Of a stretch of DNA of 64,000 nucleotides, positions 9,411 through 20,040 are shown in pieces. This DNA comes from Burkholderiales bacterium. Lineage in GTDB: Bacteria; Pseudomonadota; Gammaproteobacteria; Burkholderiales; JAEUOS01. The notes under the pieces were generated by a model. It was not told the DNA's origin. It did no database searches and was given only the letters and a program-made list of their open reading frames with translations. The stretch is taken from the NCBI GenBank assembly GCA_031362865.1, contig JANLTH010000125.1:3226-67225 (forward strand), written 5' to 3'. Position 1 is the first letter of the stretch; each line of letters starts with the position of its first letter. A program made the position numbers and the translations under genes.

Positions 9411-9426
9411 AGCAATTACCGGGCCA
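9411..9426 (-). promoter_or_regulatory. Sigma-54 (-24/-12) promoter for glnK-amtB
   Basis: The minus strand reads TGGCCC-GGTAA-TTGCT, with correct GG-N10-GC spacing versus the consensus TGGCAC-N5-TTGCW. It lies about 45 nt upstream of the glnK ATG and downstream of the porin terminator. Confidence 0.6.
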
Positions 9427-9462
9427 ATCACGATTTTTGCAGGCTTGGCCGAAGTGGGGCAT

Positions 9463-9490
9463 AAAAAAACCCGCCATTGGCGGGTTTTTG
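9463..9490 (-). terminator. Rho-independent terminator of the porin gene
   Basis: CCCGCC-att-GGCGGG stem. On the minus strand it is followed by a run of 7 T. It lies 19 nt downstream of the porin stop. Confidence 0.8.
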
Positions 9491-9508
9491 CGAGGAGGCA
9501 TTTGCGTC

Positions 9509-10408
9509 TCAGAACGTCTTGGCAATCGAGAGCACAACGCTGCCACTGGAAATTTGCTTGGTCGAGCCAGTGCCTGCCTGAACCGTACCGGGCGATGCCG
9601 CGCGATACCAGTCTTTCTTGGCGTTAGTGCCAATCAAGGCCGCACCGATGGTAGCAAAGCCGAAGTCACGCTCAACGCTGACTTTGTAATCGGTGTAGTT
9701 GAGCTTGCTGTAGTGGCGCACTGTCTGATGACCAATATGCAGACCCAAAGTGGTTTTGTCGAAAATCTCAAACTTGGCATTCGCGTCCCAGTAACCTGAG
9801 CCGCGTGAATTGCCCGGTGTCGCGCCAAAGCAGTCACCGGGGTTGGCAACGAAATTGGCGTTCAATCCGCAAGCACCGCCGTAAGTTTGGTTTTTCACGC
9901 CAAAGAAGTTTGACAGTGTGCGGTTGTACTTGAGCGAAAACCACTTGTAAGAGACACCGATATAAGCCTCGGTATTGTCAAACTTGTTATTGCTCTTGGC
10001 CACGTTGTTCGCACCAGAAACCATGTGGTAGCGCGCGCCCGGGTAGTAGTACTGCAACAGGCCGATATCAAGGCCGATGCCATTGGAGAACTCGGTTTTC
10101 CAGCCGCCGTAAAGGTCGAGCTCCAGCGAAGCACCGTGCGGATACTGGTTGCCACTGACCGACGAACCCCAGACACCGGCATAGAGGCCGCTCGAATGAC
10201 CGTAATCCATGCCACCCTGAATCGCGGGTTGCTTGAAGGTTTGCGAGACACCCCGGAAACGGTAGTCGCTCACCAAGGCCACGTTACCGGTGAAGGTGTG
10301 GGGCGAGGCGGGCGCAGCTGCGGCGGCAGGTACGGTTTGGGCTGAAACGGCAGGCGCGGCGGTAGCAAAAATCAGTCCGAGGCACGTGGCTAGCAAGCGT
10401 TTGTTCAT
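9509..10408 (-). CDS. TorF/TIGR02001-family outer-membrane beta-barrel (porin-like) protein
   Basis: Start MNKRLLATCLGLIFATAAPAVSAQ (signal peptide). Family hallmark TGNVALVSDYRFRGVSQT...PAIQGGMDYGHSSGLYAGVWGS, and a C-terminal aromatic residue (..IAKTF). This family is commonly found next to glnK-amtB. Confidence 0.8.
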   Translation of the reverse strand: MNKRLLATCLGLIFATAAPAVSAQTVPAAAAAPASPHTFTGNVALVSDYRFRGVSQTFKQPAIQGGMDYGHSSGLYAGVWGSSVSGNQYPHGASLELDLYGGWKTEFSNGIGLDIGLLQYYYPGARYHMVSGANNVAKSNNKFDNTEAYIGVSYKWFSLKYNRTLSNFFGVKNQTYGGACGLNANFVANPGDCFGATPGNSRGSGYWDANAKFEIFDKTTLGLHIGHQTVRHYSKLNYTDYKVSVERDFGFATIGAALIGTNAKKDWYRAASPGTVQAGTGSTKQISSGSVVLSIAKTF

Positions 10409-10527
10409 GGGGTCGCTCTCAGTGGAAAAATTCAGGTGGGAGGTCGCAAAGTTGATGCTGCAGGAGCCATTTGCGAAACCGGCAAAGATTGCCAAAATTT
10501 TAAGCGCGAGCGACTGACCGATCAAGT

Positions 10528-10574
10528 TGCACCAAATTGGTGCTTTGTCGATGAATCTGCACCAACGCGGTGTT
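10528..10574. promoter_or_regulatory. Two tandem NtrC-type enhancer sites
   Basis: TGCACCAAATTGGTGCT (10528-10544) and TGCACCAACGCGGTGTT (10558-10574), versus TGCACC-N5-GGTGCA. Centres are 30 bp apart. They lie 120-165 bp upstream of the porin ATG, in the divergent intergenic region. Confidence 0.5.
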
Positions 10575-10815
10575 GCGGCGCATCATCCCTTGAAGAAGCT
10601 TACTGGGTAAGGCTTTTCAGCCACTCCTCAGTGAACCACGGTGGTGCTGAGTCAGGGGCTTCGAAGAACTCTTGCAGATCGCGTTGAGGGCGGGCGAATT
10701 TTTGCGCTGGCAGTGGTGTTTACGCAACAAAGCCGATGCGACTGGCTTCACTTTGCCACACTGCCGCACTGCCACGCGACTAGCCCGCAGGAGGTTTTGG
10801 AGTACGATTGTTTTC

Positions 10816-13719
10816 ATGTCGTCTCCTGCGTCTGACCTCGCTGCACGTCTTGCCACTCTGGCCGGGATAGCTAACGCCTTGCCGGTCGGAATTGTGTATT
10901 ACTCGGGCCACGATGACGCGCGCCGCTGCCTTTTTGCCAATGATGCCGCGTTGGCATTTTTTTCGATCACGCGTCAGGTTGTGCTGGGCGCGATGGTGCA
11001 ATCGATCATTGGGCGCGCCGACTACGCGCTGGTGGTCGCCCATTTTGACCGCGCCTACAGCGGGAAAGTGGCCTTTTACGAGCGTGAAGTGCTGCGCCCT
11101 GACGGCCCGTCAAAATGGCTGGACTTTGCGCTGATTCCTGATCTCGATCCTTCCACCGAGGCGGCTGGTCAGCCTGGTGTCCGGGGGGTCTATGTCTTTA
11201 TCGCTGATGTCACAGCCCGCCATGTGCAAGCGGTCGCGATCGCCGAGAAGAAGCGCCATGTTCAACTGGCATTGATGGCCGCGCGCATGACGACCTGGAG
11301 CTGGGATATCCAGACTGGGCAGTTGCATTTTGACGAAGGCGCTGAAAGCTTGCTGGCGGCAGCGCGATTGAGTGATGTTCGTTCGGTGCAAGATTTGATC
11401 GACATGGTGCATCCGGAAGATCGGGAGCGACAGCGCTATCTGCTGGCGCGCGCGCTCAAGGGCGAGGGGTCCTATGAGTTGGAGCACCGGATCCGTGGTA
11501 TCGATGGCAGTTGGCTGTGGATGCAAAGCCGGGGTCAGGTGGTCGAGGCCGACAGCAGTGCGGTGGTAACGGCACAAGGCACACGGGCGCGCGCGCAGCG
11601 CATGATGGGCGTTTCTTACGACATCAGTGAGCGCAAGCGTGCCGAACTGGAGCGCGAGCGTGCCGAGGTGCAGGTACGGGCAATTTCCAACAACATGCCG
11701 GGCATCCTGATCCAGGTTGGGACTGACTGGATTTGCCGCTACCAGAACGACGCACACTTCAACACCTTTCGCCATCTCTCACCGGTTCCGGGTATGGGGC
11801 GGCACTTGCGTGACATCATCGGTCTCGAGAATTTCGAGATTGTCCGACCCCACTACGAAAAAGCATTTGCCGGCGGCGAATCTGAGTTGTTGCGGGTGGT
11901 TGAAGTGCCAGGCGCGGGCAGCCTCTATGCCCAAATGCGCGTGATTCCCAGCAAAAATGCGGCAGGGCTGATCGATGGGGCTTACAGCCTGGCGATTGAT
12001 GTCACCGAGTCGCATCGAGCCGAACTGGCGATCGCTGAGAGCGAGGCGCGGTTTCGGGCGCTGACGGCACTTTCGTCCGATTGGTACTGGGAAATCGACG
12101 CGCAGTACCGCTTTACCCGCTACGAAGCAGCCAGTCCGGACGATGTGCTACCGATACCGGTCAAAAGCGTGATTGGCTTGCAGCGCTGGGAGTTAGGTGG
12201 CACGATTCTGTATCCCGAAAGTTGGGCGATGCATCACGCACAGCTGGATCGGCGAGAGCTTTTTCGTGATTTGCTCCTGCGTAATCGCAATCAACGCGGC
12301 GACGTGATCTACGCCTCGGTCAGTGGCGAACCGGTGTTCGACGCAAAGGGAAACTTTTTCGGCTATCGCGGGATTGGCCGCAACGTTAGCGAGCGCTTTC
12401 GCAACGAGGAGAAAATTGCCTATCTCGCCTATCACGACGTGCTCACTGATCTGCCAAATCGCACCTTGGTGCAAGATCGTATCGCTCAGGCGGTGGCGCA
12501 CGCGCAGCGAACCGGGCAGTCGCTCGCCGTACTGTTTATCGACCTGGACAACTTCAAGTCAATCAACGACTCGATGGGCCATGCGGCAGGCGACCAAGTA
12601 CTGGTAGAGGCGGCCAGCCGCCTGCGCCGCGAGCTGCGCGCCGAAGATACGATGGGACGCTTTGGCGGTGACGAATTCATTGCTCTGCTACCCACGCTGG
12701 AAAGCGCTTCGGATGCCGGCGCGGTGGCCGATAAGCTCATTTCCGGCCTGTGCTTGCCAATGCAAATTGGCCAGCAAGAACTCTCGCTTACGTGCAGCGT
12801 CGGGATCGCCCTGTTCCCAGATGATGGTGCTGATGAAGGCACACTGACTCGCAATGCCGATGCAGCGATGTATCACGCCAAAGAAACCGGGCGCAACACC
12901 TTCCGTTATTTCACATCCTCGCTCAATGCTCACGCCACGCGTCGCTTGTCCCTCGAAAATGATCTGAAGCGCGGGATTGAGCGCGGCGAATTCACGCTCG
13001 TGTACCAGCCGCAAATTGCGATCGCTTCGGGCAAAGTGGCCGGGGTCGAGGCATTGGTGCGCTGGAACCGCAGCGGCTATGGCGATGTCACACCCTCCGA
13101 ATTCATTCCACTGTGCGAAAACATCGGCGTGATTGCCACGCTGGGGCGTTGGGTGCTGGAGCAGGCGCTGGCGCAAATGCGCCGCTGGATCGATGCAGGG
13201 GTTGCCCCACCGCGCATGGCGGTCAACGTCTCGGCCAAGCAACTGCATGACCCTGAGTTTGCGCAGCACGTAGCCAATGCGATGGTCGACGCAGGTGTCG
13301 ATGCGACGCGCTTGGAGCTGGAGATTACCGAGACGGCGGCGCTCGAGCACCGCAGTGAAATTGTGCTCACCATCGATCAGTTGCGCCGCTTGGGTGTGCG
13401 CTTTTGTCTGGATGATTTTGGTACAGGCTATTCCAGCCTTGCCTACTTGAAGCGCTTCCCGGTCGATGTGATCAAGATTGACCGCTCGTTTGTGAGCGAA
13501 GTCCACAAAAATAATGGAGGTGCCGCGGTCGTCAAGGCAGTCCTGGCGCTGGCGCGTGGCTTGGACATCGGAGTGGTTGCTGAAGGCGTGGAACTAGCCG
13601 AGCAAGCAGCGATTTTGCGCGCACTCGACTGCCCGGTGGCACAGGGTTTCTATCATTCCAAGCCTTTGAGCGCGGCCGCCTGTGCCGACTTCCTGCGTGA
13701 ACGCGGAGTCGCTCTCTGA
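10816..13719 (+). CDS. Multi-PAS sensor with GGDEF diguanylate cyclase and EAL phosphodiesterase domains
   Basis: ORF 10672..13719; start set at MSSPASD (ATG 10816). Several PAS/PAC repeats, an intact GGDEF (RFGGDEFIALL) and EAL motifs (EALVRW, DDFGTGYSSL, KIDRSF). Confidence 0.9.
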   Translation: MSSPASDLAARLATLAGIANALPVGIVYYSGHDDARRCLFANDAALAFFSITRQVVLGAMVQSIIGRADYALVVAHFDRAYSGKVAFYEREVLRPDGPSKWLDFALIPDLDPSTEAAGQPGVRGVYVFIADVTARHVQAVAIAEKKRHVQLALMAARMTTWSWDIQTGQLHFDEGAESLLAAARLSDVRSVQDLIDMVHPEDRERQRYLLARALKGEGSYELEHRIRGIDGSWLWMQSRGQVVEADSSAVVTAQGTRARAQRMMGVSYDISERKRAELERERAEVQVRAISNNMPGILIQVGTDWICRYQNDAHFNTFRHLSPVPGMGRHLRDIIGLENFEIVRPHYEKAFAGGESELLRVVEVPGAGSLYAQMRVIPSKNAAGLIDGAYSLAIDVTESHRAELAIAESEARFRALTALSSDWYWEIDAQYRFTRYEAASPDDVLPIPVKSVIGLQRWELGGTILYPESWAMHHAQLDRRELFRDLLLRNRNQRGDVIYASVSGEPVFDAKGNFFGYRGIGRNVSERFRNEEKIAYLAYHDVLTDLPNRTLVQDRIAQAVAHAQRTGQSLAVLFIDLDNFKSINDSMGHAAGDQVLVEAASRLRRELRAEDTMGRFGGDEFIALLPTLESASDAGAVADKLISGLCLPMQIGQQELSLTCSVGIALFPDDGADEGTLTRNADAAMYHAKETGRNTFRYFTSSLNAHATRRLSLENDLKRGIERGEFTLVYQPQIAIASGKVAGVEALVRWNRSGYGDVTPSEFIPLCENIGVIATLGRWVLEQALAQMRRWIDAGVAPPRMAVNVSAKQLHDPEFAQHVANAMVDAGVDATRLELEITETAALEHRSEIVLTIDQLRRLGVRFCLDDFGTGYSSLAYLKRFPVDVIKIDRSFVSEVHKNNGGAAVVKAVLALARGLDIGVVAEGVELAEQAAILRALDCPVAQGFYHSKPLSAAACADFLRERGVAL

Positions 13720-15233
13720 TGGCGCTGGCAGTGGTCCGTTCGCGCGCGCTGACCGGGATGGACGCGCCCGAGGTCACGGTGGAAGTTCACCTGGCCAATG
13801 GGCTGCCCGCGTTCAACTTGGTGGGGCTGCCTGAAGCAGAGGTCAAGGAGTCGCGCGACCGCGTGCGCGCGGCGATCCAAACCGCACAGTTTGAATTTCC
13901 GATGCGCAAGATCACCGTGAATCTCGCGCCAGCTGATTTGCCGAAAGACTCGGCGCGCTTCGACTTGCCGATAGCGATTGGCTTGCTGGCCGCATCGGGG
14001 CAAATCCCTTCTGACAAGCTGGACGAATACGAATTTGCGGGCGAGCTTTCACTCACCGGCGAGCTGCGTGCCGTGCGTGGGGCGCTGGCGATGGCGTGGC
14101 GCGCGGGCAAGGCCGGTCGCACTTTTGTGCTGCCACGCCTGAGTGCGGAGGAGGCGATGCTGGTCGATAGCGCACAGGTACTCCCGGCCGACCATCTGCT
14201 CAAAGTGTGCGCGCATCTTGCAGGGGTGGAGCGTTTGCGGCCGCTCGCCGAGCCGGTCGCGCGCAGTCGCTTGGTCTACCCAGATTTGCGCGAGGTCAAG
14301 GGCCAACTGCAAGCCAAGCGCGCCCTCGAAGTGTGTGCCGCTGGGCAACATTCGCTGTTGCTGCAAGGGCCGCCGGGTACCGGTAAGTCGATGCTCGCGC
14401 AACGCTTGCCCGGCATCTTGCCGCCCATGACGCACGAAGAGGCACTCGAGTCGGCCGCGATCTTGAGTATTGCCGGGCGCTTTAAGGCCGAGCAATTCGG
14501 CGAGCGGCCGTATCGTGCGGTGCATCACACCGCGTCCGGTGTGGCGCTGGTGGGCGGCGGTAGTGTGCCCCGCCCCGGTGAGATTTCGCTGGCGCACTTG
14601 GGCACCTTGTTTCTTGATGAACTGCCCGAATTCGACCGGCGCGCGCTCGAAGTGCTGCGCGAGCCGCTTGAATCGGGCCGCATCACGATTTCGCGCGCGG
14701 CGCGCCAGGCGGATTTTCCGGCTGCGTTTCAGTTAATCGCGGCGATGAACCCCTGCCCCTGCGGCTATTTGGGCGCGACCAATCGCGGCACGCGCAGTTG
14801 CCGTTGCACGCCGGACCAAGTGGCGCGTTATCGCGGCAAGATTTCTGGTCCGCTGCTGGACCGGATTGATTTGCAAATCAACGTGCCCGCGCTGTCTGAA
14901 GATGAACTGGTGCGCGCGGCCGATGGCGAATCGAGTGCCGTGGTGCGCGAGCGGGTGGCGCGTGCCCACGCCATCCAACTGGACCGCCAGGGCAAGGCCA
15001 ACAGCCGCCTCACGCCGGACGACATCGACCGCCACTGTGCTCCCGATGAGGCGGGCGAGAAGCTGCTGCGCCAGGCCATCACCCGGCTCGCGCTTTCAGC
15101 TCGCGCCTACCACCGCGTGCTCAAGGTGGCGCGCACGATTGCCGATCTGGCGGGCGGGGCTGGCGTTGCGGGCATTTCAGTAGCGCACATTGCGGAGGCA
15201 ATTCAGTACCGGCGTGGGCTCGAAACTGCCTGA
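13719..15233 (+). CDS. comM: YifB/ComM family Mg-chelatase-like AAA+ ATPase
   Basis: MALAVVRSRAL.G..A..V.VEVHL N-terminus, Lon-like domain, and Walker A GPPGTGKSMLA. The start overlaps the preceding stop (TGATG). Confidence 0.9.
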   Translation: MALAVVRSRALTGMDAPEVTVEVHLANGLPAFNLVGLPEAEVKESRDRVRAAIQTAQFEFPMRKITVNLAPADLPKDSARFDLPIAIGLLAASGQIPSDKLDEYEFAGELSLTGELRAVRGALAMAWRAGKAGRTFVLPRLSAEEAMLVDSAQVLPADHLLKVCAHLAGVERLRPLAEPVARSRLVYPDLREVKGQLQAKRALEVCAAGQHSLLLQGPPGTGKSMLAQRLPGILPPMTHEEALESAAILSIAGRFKAEQFGERPYRAVHHTASGVALVGGGSVPRPGEISLAHLGTLFLDELPEFDRRALEVLREPLESGRITISRAARQADFPAAFQLIAAMNPCPCGYLGATNRGTRSCRCTPDQVARYRGKISGPLLDRIDLQINVPALSEDELVRAADGESSAVVRERVARAHAIQLDRQGKANSRLTPDDIDRHCAPDEAGEKLLRQAITRLALSARAYHRVLKVARTIADLAGGAGVAGISVAHIAEAIQYRRGLETA

Positions 15234-15311
15234 TCTCTACGCCGAGACTATCCAGTGCATGCAGCTGTTCCAGGTGTGCTACGTCCTTAGTCTCCTTACA
15301 ATTCGGGCGGC

Positions 15312-16550
15312 ATGTTTTCCTTCGCGCTACCCTCTTCAGACAAACTCTTTTACGGCTGGCGCATGGTGGGTGCGGCTTGCGCGCTGCAATTTCTCCAGGC
15401 CGGGCTGCTGCACCATGCCTTCGGCGTTTACTTCGCTGTTCTGACCGACGAATTCGGCTGGAGCAAGACTGCGCTCTCGGGCGCTGCCGCCTTGCAACCG
15501 ATGGAAGCGGCACTTCTTGGCCCGCTCTTGGGCTGGATCATCGACCGCTTCGGGCCGCAAGGCATGATCCGCCTAGGGGTCCTCATCTTTGGGGCCGGTT
15601 TTTGCCTGCTCAGTACCATCAACACGCTCACCGGTTTTTATGTGGCGATCGGGGTCGTCGCGCTGGGGGCCAGCCTGTGCGGCTACTTTCCGCTCAATGT
15701 CGCAGTCATCCGCTGGTTTGAGCGGCACCGGGCGCGGGCACTGTCGTACCTCACGCTCGGGTTAGCGCTTGGTGGCGTATTTGTGCCGGTAGTGGCTTGG
15801 GCGATGCAAACCTTTGGCTGGCGCGCGACCGCGCTGGGTTCGGGGTTGTTGATTCTGGTGTTTGGCTTGCCTTTGGCCAATGTATTCAAGAGCCGCCCGG
15901 AAGATCATGGCGAAGTGGTCGATGGCGAAGCGCGGGTGGCGCACGTGGCGGGTGCGCCGCTGTTGGTGCCGCGTGAACTGTCGACCCGCGAAGCCTTGCG
16001 CACTTCCGCCTTTTGGTTCATTTCGCTGGGCCATGCAGCCGCTTTGCTGGTGGTCTATGCGGTCAACGTTCATGCGATTACCCACATCAAGGAGTCGATG
16101 GGCTATAGCGTCGCGCAGGCCTCGTGGATCATCACCATCGTGACTGTCGCGCAAGTCATCGGGGTGCTCTTGGGCAGTGTGATTGGCGACCGCGTCGACA
16201 AGCGCTGGCTCGCCGCTTCGTGCATGCTCGGGCACGCCTTGGGCTTGGCGTTGCTCGCCCACGCGGGCAATGCCGCCATGCTGGTGGCCTTCGCGTTGGT
16301 TCATGGTGTCGCGTGGGGCTTGCGCGGGCCGTTGATGCAGGCGATTCGGGCCGACTACTTCGGCAGCCGCTCAATCGGCATGATTTTGGGCATTTCGTCG
16401 ATGATTATTGTGGTGGGGCAGGTGGGCGGCCCGATCTTGATCGCGGTGCTCGCAGACCTGACCGGAAACTACCGATCCGGCTTGACTTTGATGGCTTGCC
16501 TCGTCGGCTTTGGCTCGCTTTTCTTTCTGCTGGCGAAGAAGCCAACTTGA
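15312..16550 (+). CDS. MFS transporter
   Basis: 412 aa with 12 predicted hydrophobic segments and MFS-like loop motifs (GWIIDRFGPQG). Confidence 0.85.
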   Translation: MFSFALPSSDKLFYGWRMVGAACALQFLQAGLLHHAFGVYFAVLTDEFGWSKTALSGAAALQPMEAALLGPLLGWIIDRFGPQGMIRLGVLIFGAGFCLLSTINTLTGFYVAIGVVALGASLCGYFPLNVAVIRWFERHRARALSYLTLGLALGGVFVPVVAWAMQTFGWRATALGSGLLILVFGLPLANVFKSRPEDHGEVVDGEARVAHVAGAPLLVPRELSTREALRTSAFWFISLGHAAALLVVYAVNVHAITHIKESMGYSVAQASWIITIVTVAQVIGVLLGSVIGDRVDKRWLAASCMLGHALGLALLAHAGNAAMLVAFALVHGVAWGLRGPLMQAIRADYFGSRSIGMILGISSMIIVVGQVGGPILIAVLADLTGNYRSGLTLMACLVGFGSLFFLLAKKPT

Positions 16551-16581
16551 GTACCTAGCCTAAGCGTAAAATCTTGACTTG

Positions 16582-16607
16582 CTTAAGGCCTAAGCTGTGG
16601 CCTTAAG
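16582..16607 (+). terminator. 9-bp perfect hairpin between the MFS gene and the thiC leader (no U-tract)
   Basis: CTTAAGGCC-taagctgt-GGCCTTAAG lies 31 nt after the MFS stop and is followed by AAAAA rather than T. It could be a non-canonical terminator or structural element. Confidence 0.3.
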
Positions 16608-16611
16608 AAAA

Positions 16612-16704
16612 ACGCAGGGGTCCTCGTGAGCAGATAGCGGCGCTTCACGACGGTGAGAAAAACCCTTTGAACCTGATGCGGATAATGCCGCCGAAGGGAC
16701 GCGT
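16612..16704 (+). promoter_or_regulatory. TPP (THI-box) riboswitch upstream of thiC
   Basis: ACGC-AGGGGTCC...GGTGAGAAAAACCCTTTGAACCTGATGCGGATAATGCCGCCGAAGGGAC-GCGT contains the conserved TGAGA, ACCCTTTGAACCTGAT..GGATAATGCC and GGGA elements. P1 is closed by ACGC/GCGT. It lies directly 5' of thiC. Confidence 0.85.
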
Positions 16705-16716
16705 GAAGAGGCTTAG

Positions 16717-18702
<1,986 letters not shown>

Positions 18703-18860
18703 TAGCGCTTCAGAAAAAAAGCGGCGGCCCCGTGAAGAACGGCGCTGCCGTTTCATTTTCAGGCATCGCTTTAATCTGCTTGCACCGTATTAAAGAAGTC
18801 TTTAATATCAAACGAGCAAATTAAAGCACTCTTGAATGCATGCTTGGTGCGCGTGGCCGC

Positions 18861-19161
18861 CACAAGCAGCCTGGCCACATGCGTACTTCACAAAATTGGA
18901 TTGGCGGCACGCGCCCGGGCAATGCGGTGCACTGCCGTCACCGGCTGTGCGAGTGCCTGAGTTGATCGGTGAGTTGGAGCGCTTTATCCACGCGCCCTCG
19001 CGCTTGCACGAGCTGTTGCGCAAGGTATTGAAAACCAGTTTTCCCACCGCAAACAACGCCATTCAAATTTTGATTCGGGCCGGCTTCTCATTGAAGTCAC
19101 GGGCCCTCGCAAAAAACGCACCTTCAGCTATGAAGCTTACGTACAACGCTTATCTCGTTAG
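18861..19161 (+). pseudogene. Degenerate Fic/DOC family gene remnant (frameshifted; catalytic core deleted)
   Basis: Three frames carry pieces of a Fic protein. These are GHMRTSQNWIGGTRPGNAV (frame of 18891), then PPAVRVPELIGELERFIHA (ORF 18836..19189), then the C-terminal wHTH-like SFPTANNAIQILIRAG and LLIEVTGPRKKRTFSYEAYVQRLSR* (another frame, TAG 19159-19161). The HPFxxGNGR active-site region that should lie between FIHA and SFPTAN is absent. Confidence 0.6.
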
Positions 19162-19173
19162 CCATCCCCTGCA

Positions 19174-20040
19174 ATGCTGCGCCGCCTGATGCGCTCGGTT
19201 TTGCAGATCGCGCTTGGCGTGGCTCTCGGCCTGCCGCTGTTGCTGTGGGCGTTTCAAGACAAGCTGATTTTTCATCCGCAGCCGATTGACCCGGCGCGTG
19301 TCAACGCGTTGCAGCGCGCCCATCCTGATCTGCAGTCGTGGTGGCTGGAGACGCCCGAAGGTCGTCAGCACGCCTGGTTTTTACCCGCCCGTGACAGCGC
19401 GGGGGCCAGTCAAGCAAAGCCGTTGGTGATCTACTTCGGTGGCAATGCAGAAGAGGTTTCGTGGTTCATGCAAGACACCACACAAGTGCCTGAAGAGCGT
19501 CTCTGGCATTGGCTCTTCATCGATTACCGGGGCTTTGGGCAGAGCGCGGACGCGCCTTCTCAAAAGGCTCTGGTGGCTGATGCGCTGCAATGGTTTGACC
19601 ATGCCACCAAGCAAGCAACGGTAGACCGGAATCGCATCATGCTGGTGGGGCGCAGCTTGGGCAGCGGCGTAGCGGTGCAACTGGCAGCGGCCCGCCCAGT
19701 GGCGCGTGTGGCGCTGATCACGCCATTCGATTCGCTCACGGCGGTAGCACAGTTTCATTACCCGTTGATTCCAGTGCGTTGGCTGTTGCGCCACCCGTTT
19801 GACTCATTGGCGTTGGCCCCGCTGCAAAAAATGCCTTTGCTGGTGCTCGCGGGCGAGCGCGACACGCTGATTCCACCGGAGCACGCCCGGCGCCTGCACG
19901 CCGCTTGGCGCGGAGAGAAAGCGTGGCATCTGCTCGACCGGGCGGATCACAACAATATTTCGGCGCACCCCGACTACGTGCGCCTCTTGCGGCGCTTTCT
20001 CACCGTCGGCGCGTTTGAGTCGCCACGGAGCGCCAATTGA
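19174..20040 (+). CDS. Alpha/beta hydrolase (BEM46-like serine hydrolase) with N-terminal membrane anchor
   Basis: 288 aa with a nucleophile elbow GRSLGSG, later Asp/His region (GERDTLIP...ADHNN), and a hydrophobic N-terminus. Confidence 0.8.
   Translation: MLRRLMRSVLQIALGVALGLPLLLWAFQDKLIFHPQPIDPARVNALQRAHPDLQSWWLETPEGRQHAWFLPARDSAGASQAKPLVIYFGGNAEEVSWFMQDTTQVPEERLWHWLFIDYRGFGQSADAPSQKALVADALQWFDHATKQATVDRNRIMLVGRSLGSGVAVQLAAARPVARVALITPFDSLTAVAQFHYPLIPVRWLLRHPFDSLALAPLQKMPLLVLAGERDTLIPPEHARRLHAAWRGEKAWHLLDRADHNNISAHPDYVRLLRRFLTVGAFESPRSAN

Noticed and set aside
10453-10497. Two sigma-54-like sequences on the minus strand upstream of the porin gene (TGGCAA-TCTT-TGCC and TGGCTC-CTGCA-GCAT).
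   Set aside because: The GG to GC spacing is 2 nt shorter than the strictly conserved GG-N10-GC, so I do not call either a promoter.
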